64,000 bases of DNA from Armatimonadota bacterium (lineage in GTDB: Bacteria; Armatimonadota; SYMT01). The stretch's first letter is position 1; every line of letters begins with the position of its first letter. Under the pieces are notes generated by a model. The model worked only from the letters and a program-made list of their open reading frames with translations. It ran no database searches and was not told the DNA's origin. The stretch covers positions 31,305 through 95,304 of the forward strand of contig JBKBRF010000001.1 in assembly GCA_046292385.1 (NCBI GenBank), given 5' to 3'. A program made the translations under genes and the position numbers. Positions 60,958-64,000 of this stretch are shown piece by piece.

Positions 60958-63900
60958 TCAGGCTCCGCCCCTGGAAGGTCTCCGGTCCAACTCGGCCAGT
61001 TTTCGCTCCAATAGTGCCTCGGCCTCGGCTTCTGAAAGCTGCTCCAGATCATCGGCGAGAGAGTGGGAGTCAGTTCGCCGTGAGACCGGCAAGCAACCTC
61101 CGTCCTGCTCCCCGAGGAACTGAACGACCGCCGCGATCCATGGATGGTTGAAGGCGAGGGTCACCGGGAGCTCCCGTGCCAGCCGGCGCGAGAGCGCGTC
61201 CCGCAGCTCCACCGCGCCCAGCGAGTCGAGCCCCAGCTCCCCGAGCGGGGTCGTCTCGTCCAGCCTGGCGTCGCCCGCGAGTCGCAGCACCTCGCGCAGC
61301 ACCTCTCGGACCACGGTCACCAGCTCCGCAGCGGGAGGGCAGGCCGAGGCCGCTTCCGCTGCCGAGTTTTCGGCGGTCCACCCCGGCGCCAGTACCAGCG
61401 CGTGCGGGAGATCGGACTGGAGGAGCCCCTGGAGGGCCGCGAGTCCCTGGCGTGCTGAGAACGGCCGGAGCCCGTGCGCCGCCCACTGCGCCCCTCGCCG
61501 GTCGTCGGCCGCCGCCATCCCCGTGCCCTCCCAGGCACCCCACCCGATGCTGAGCGCGGGCAGCCCCAGGGAGTGCCGGTGGCGAGCCAGCCCGTCGAGG
61601 AACGCGTTGGCCGCCGCATAGATCCCGGCTCCCGGCAGTCCCAGGTACGGAGTGGCGGAGGAGTAAAGGACGAAGAAGTCGAGCTCCAACGCCAGGGTGA
61701 GCCGGTGGAGGTGCCACGCGCCCTCCGCCTTACCGGAGAAGACTGCCTCAATCTGCTCCGCTGAGGTGCGGGCGAGCAGCCCGTCTGACAGCGCACCGGC
61801 GGCATGGAAGATGCCCCGGAGCGGCGGCATGCCGTCCCGGATCTCCGCGAGCACCCCCGCCACCGCCTGCTCGTCCGCCAGGTCGGCACCGAACACCCGG
61901 ACCTGAACGCCCTGCTCCCGGAGCCGGTGGAGTGTCGGATGCTCCCGCTCGGTCCGGGTGACCAGGGCCAGGTGACGCGCCCCGAGCGCTGCCAGCCGCT
62001 CCGCCGCCGCGAGCCCCAACCCACCGAGCCCGCCGGTGAGGAGATACGTCGCGTCGGCGGTGATTCGCGAAGGCCCCGGGGGGAGAGGGAGACGGACGAT
62101 GCGCGGCACGAGGCGCTCCGAGCCACGCAGGGCGACCCGCTCTTGCGGCTCTTCCGTCAGTAGCTCGGCCAGCAGCGTCCCGGCCTCTCGCGCGGCGGGG
62201 TCGAGGTCGATCAGGGAGCACCGCAGCTCCGGGTGCTCCGCTCGCAGCGCCGCGGCGGCACCCTGGAGCGACGATTGCAGCGCTTCGCCGTCCTCCGCGC
62301 CGCCGGTCACGATCCAGAGACGGGTGGAGCCCGGGGCCGACGCGACCGCTCGGAGCAGGTCCGCCAGGCCGCCGAGGAGCCGCCGTCGCTCCCGAGCCAG
62401 GCTCGCGGCCGAGGCGTTCGACAGCGGAGTAGCGTCCAGTGCGGCGAGGTAGACGACGTTCCGGCGCTCGCCGAGCTGGAGCCGATCCGGTAAGCGTTCT
62501 CCGGACTCGTCGGGGAGGTGGAGGACGCACTCCGCGCCGCGGGCGCGCAGGCCCGCCGCCAGCTCCGGGCCGAGCTTGCGGTCGGAGATCAGGAGCCAGG
62601 GGCCCGGGGGCAGGGCTCCCGGCCGGAGCCTGAGCGGGCACCACTCGATCCGGTGGGCAAGCTCCGCCGCGCTGTCTTGCGGGTCTGCCGGCAGGGGAAC
62701 GGGATGATCGAACCAGTAGCGCTGTCGCTGGAACGGATAGGACGGCAGCGAGAGTCGGCGGCGCGGCGCCGGGTAGTGAGAGGCCCAATCGATCGCCTGC
62801 CCGTGCACGTAACCGTACGCGATCCCCGCGGCTCCCGGTGCGGACTCTTCCGGGGGCGCAGCGGAGGAGACGACGCCCGGAGCCGGCCTGCCGCAGAGGT
62901 AGGCCCGCAGCGCCTCCCGCGCGCCGGCAGCGTCCTTCGCCACTACCGCCAGCCGGTGCTCGAAGTGTCGTCGCCCGACGCTCGCTGAGTAGCAGACGTC
63001 GTGCCAGTCGCAGTCTTCCCGGAGCCGCTCCACGCACCGCGTGACGAGCGCCCGCAGCGCGGTCTCCGAGTGGGCGGAGATCGGCAGGACGCCCGGTCCG
63101 TCTCCTCCCGGCGGCTCCGGGAGAGACGGCGCCGGCCCGAGGATCAGGTGGGCATTCGTGCCGTTCATGCCGAAGGCGCTGACGCCGGCGATGCGGACCG
63201 GGTCGTCCCAGGCGCGCGGCGCGGCGGGGATCTCCAGCGCCGGCGGGAGCGGTTCCAGGTCCGGGTTGAGCCGGCTCTGGTGCAGATTGCCCGGGATCAT
63301 TCCCTCCCGGATCGCCGTGACCGCCTTGATGAGCCCGGCCATGCCGGCCGCCGCCTCGCAGTGACCGAGCTGGGTCTTCACCGCTCCCAGCAGCAGCGGC
63401 TGCTTTCGGCTGCCCCCCAGGACCTCGGAGACCGCCTCGACCTCGATCGCGTCCCCGAGCCGCGTCCCCGTGCCGTGGGCTTCCACGTAGCCGACCGCTT
63501 CAGGCGCAACGTTCGCGGCGGCGAGCGCGCTGCGGATCACGGCGGCCTGAGCCCGGCCGTTCGGCGAGGTGAGCCCGTTGCCGCGACCGCCCTGCGCCAC
63601 CGCCCCACCCAGCACCACCGCCAGCACCGGGTCGCCAGCCTCCACCGCGTCCGAGAGCCGCTTGAGGACGAGCATCCCGCAGCCCTCGCCGCGGACGAAC
63701 CCGTCGGCGGCGGCATCGAACGTGCGGCACGCTCCACTCGGGGAGAGGAGACCCGCGTTCGCCATCGCCTGCGCCACATGCGGCAGGAGGATCAGGTTCA
63801 CCGCGCCGGCCAGCGCGGTCCGGCACTCGCCCGCCTGCAGGCTGGCGCACGCCAGGTGGACCGCCGCCAGGGAAGAAGCGCAGGCCGCGTCCACGACCAT

Positions 63901-63999
63901 GCTCGGGCCCTTCAGGTTCAGGGCGTAGGCCAGGCGGCCGGAGGCGAAGCTGTGGAAGTTGCCGGCGATCTCGTCCAGGCTCGGCGTGCCGCCCGAGGC
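60958..63999 (-). CDS. PKS, 5'-truncated by window edge: ...KS-[no AT]-KR-ACP
   Basis: Frame open to the edge; DAACASS, HGTGT, LGHCEAAAG; no AT or DH; GGLGGLG; GLDSL. Confidence 0.93.
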   Translation of the reverse strand, partial: ASGGTPSLDEIAGNFHSFASGRLAYALNLKGPSMVVDAACASSLAAVHLACASLQAGECRTALAGAVNLILLPHVAQAMANAGLLSPSGACRTFDAAADGFVRGEGCGMLVLKRLSDAVEAGDPVLAVVLGGAVAQGGRGNGLTSPNGRAQAAVIRSALAAANVAPEAVGYVEAHGTGTRLGDAIEVEAVSEVLGGSRKQPLLLGAVKTQLGHCEAAAGMAGLIKAVTAIREGMIPGNLHQSRLNPDLEPLPPALEIPAAPRAWDDPVRIAGVSAFGMNGTNAHLILGPAPSLPEPPGGDGPGVLPISAHSETALRALVTRCVERLREDCDWHDVCYSASVGRRHFEHRLAVVAKDAAGAREALRAYLCGRPAPGVVSSAAPPEESAPGAAGIAYGYVHGQAIDWASHYPAPRRRLSLPSYPFQRQRYWFDHPVPLPADPQDSAAELAHRIEWCPLRLRPGALPPGPWLLISDRKLGPELAAGLRARGAECVLHLPDESGERLPDRLQLGERRNVVYLAALDATPLSNASAASLARERRRLLGGLADLLRAVASAPGSTRLWIVTGGAEDGEALQSSLQGAAAALRAEHPELRCSLIDLDPAAREAGTLLAELLTEEPQERVALRGSERLVPRIVRLPLPPGPSRITADATYLLTGGLGGLGLAAAERLAALGARHLALVTRTEREHPTLHRLREQGVQVRVFGADLADEQAVAGVLAEIRDGMPPLRGIFHAAGALSDGLLARTSAEQIEAVFSGKAEGAWHLHRLTLALELDFFVLYSSATPYLGLPGAGIYAAANAFLDGLARHRHSLGLPALSIGWGAWEGTGMAAADDRRGAQWAAHGLRPFSARQGLAALQGLLQSDLPHALVLAPGWTAENSAAEAASACPPAAELVTVVREVLREVLRLAGDARLDETTPLGELGLDSLGAVELRDALSRRLARELPVTLAFNHPWIAAVVQFLGEQDGGCLPVSRRTDSHSLADDLEQLSEAEAEALLERKLAELDRRPSRGGA

Positions 64000-64000
64000 G

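Overview
High-GC bacterial window (lineage not determinable from sequence alone). Bases 1-6020 are housekeeping: a heptamer tandem repeat, an M23 peptidase, a secreted hypothetical protein, mnmA, a YtxH-like gene, an rsbV-rsbW-sigB-like partner-switching operon and tRNA-Ser(GCT). Directly after the tRNA terminator are an 11-bp-spaced direct repeat, a damaged one-spacer type I-E-like CRISPR remnant with a head-to-head inverted half-repeat, and an HTH-WYL regulator, with no cas genes in the window. The remaining ~56.6 kb (7420 to beyond 64000, minus strand) is the 3' part of a modular PKS/NRPS cluster: 8 visible PKS modules, 2 Cys-cyclizing NRPS modules, TE, P450, an HxxxDG acyltransferase and an Sfp-type PPTase. 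Notable points: 5 of 8 cis-type PKS modules have a cleanly deleted AT; the KR catalytic Tyr is His in exactly the 5 C-methyltransferase modules; one module has tandem O-MT and C-MT; and one near-identical, strongly GC-skewed (GRINS-like) Cys A domain is used twice with different inserted domains (oxidase vs methyltransferase). All calls come from reading motifs by eye; no searches were run.
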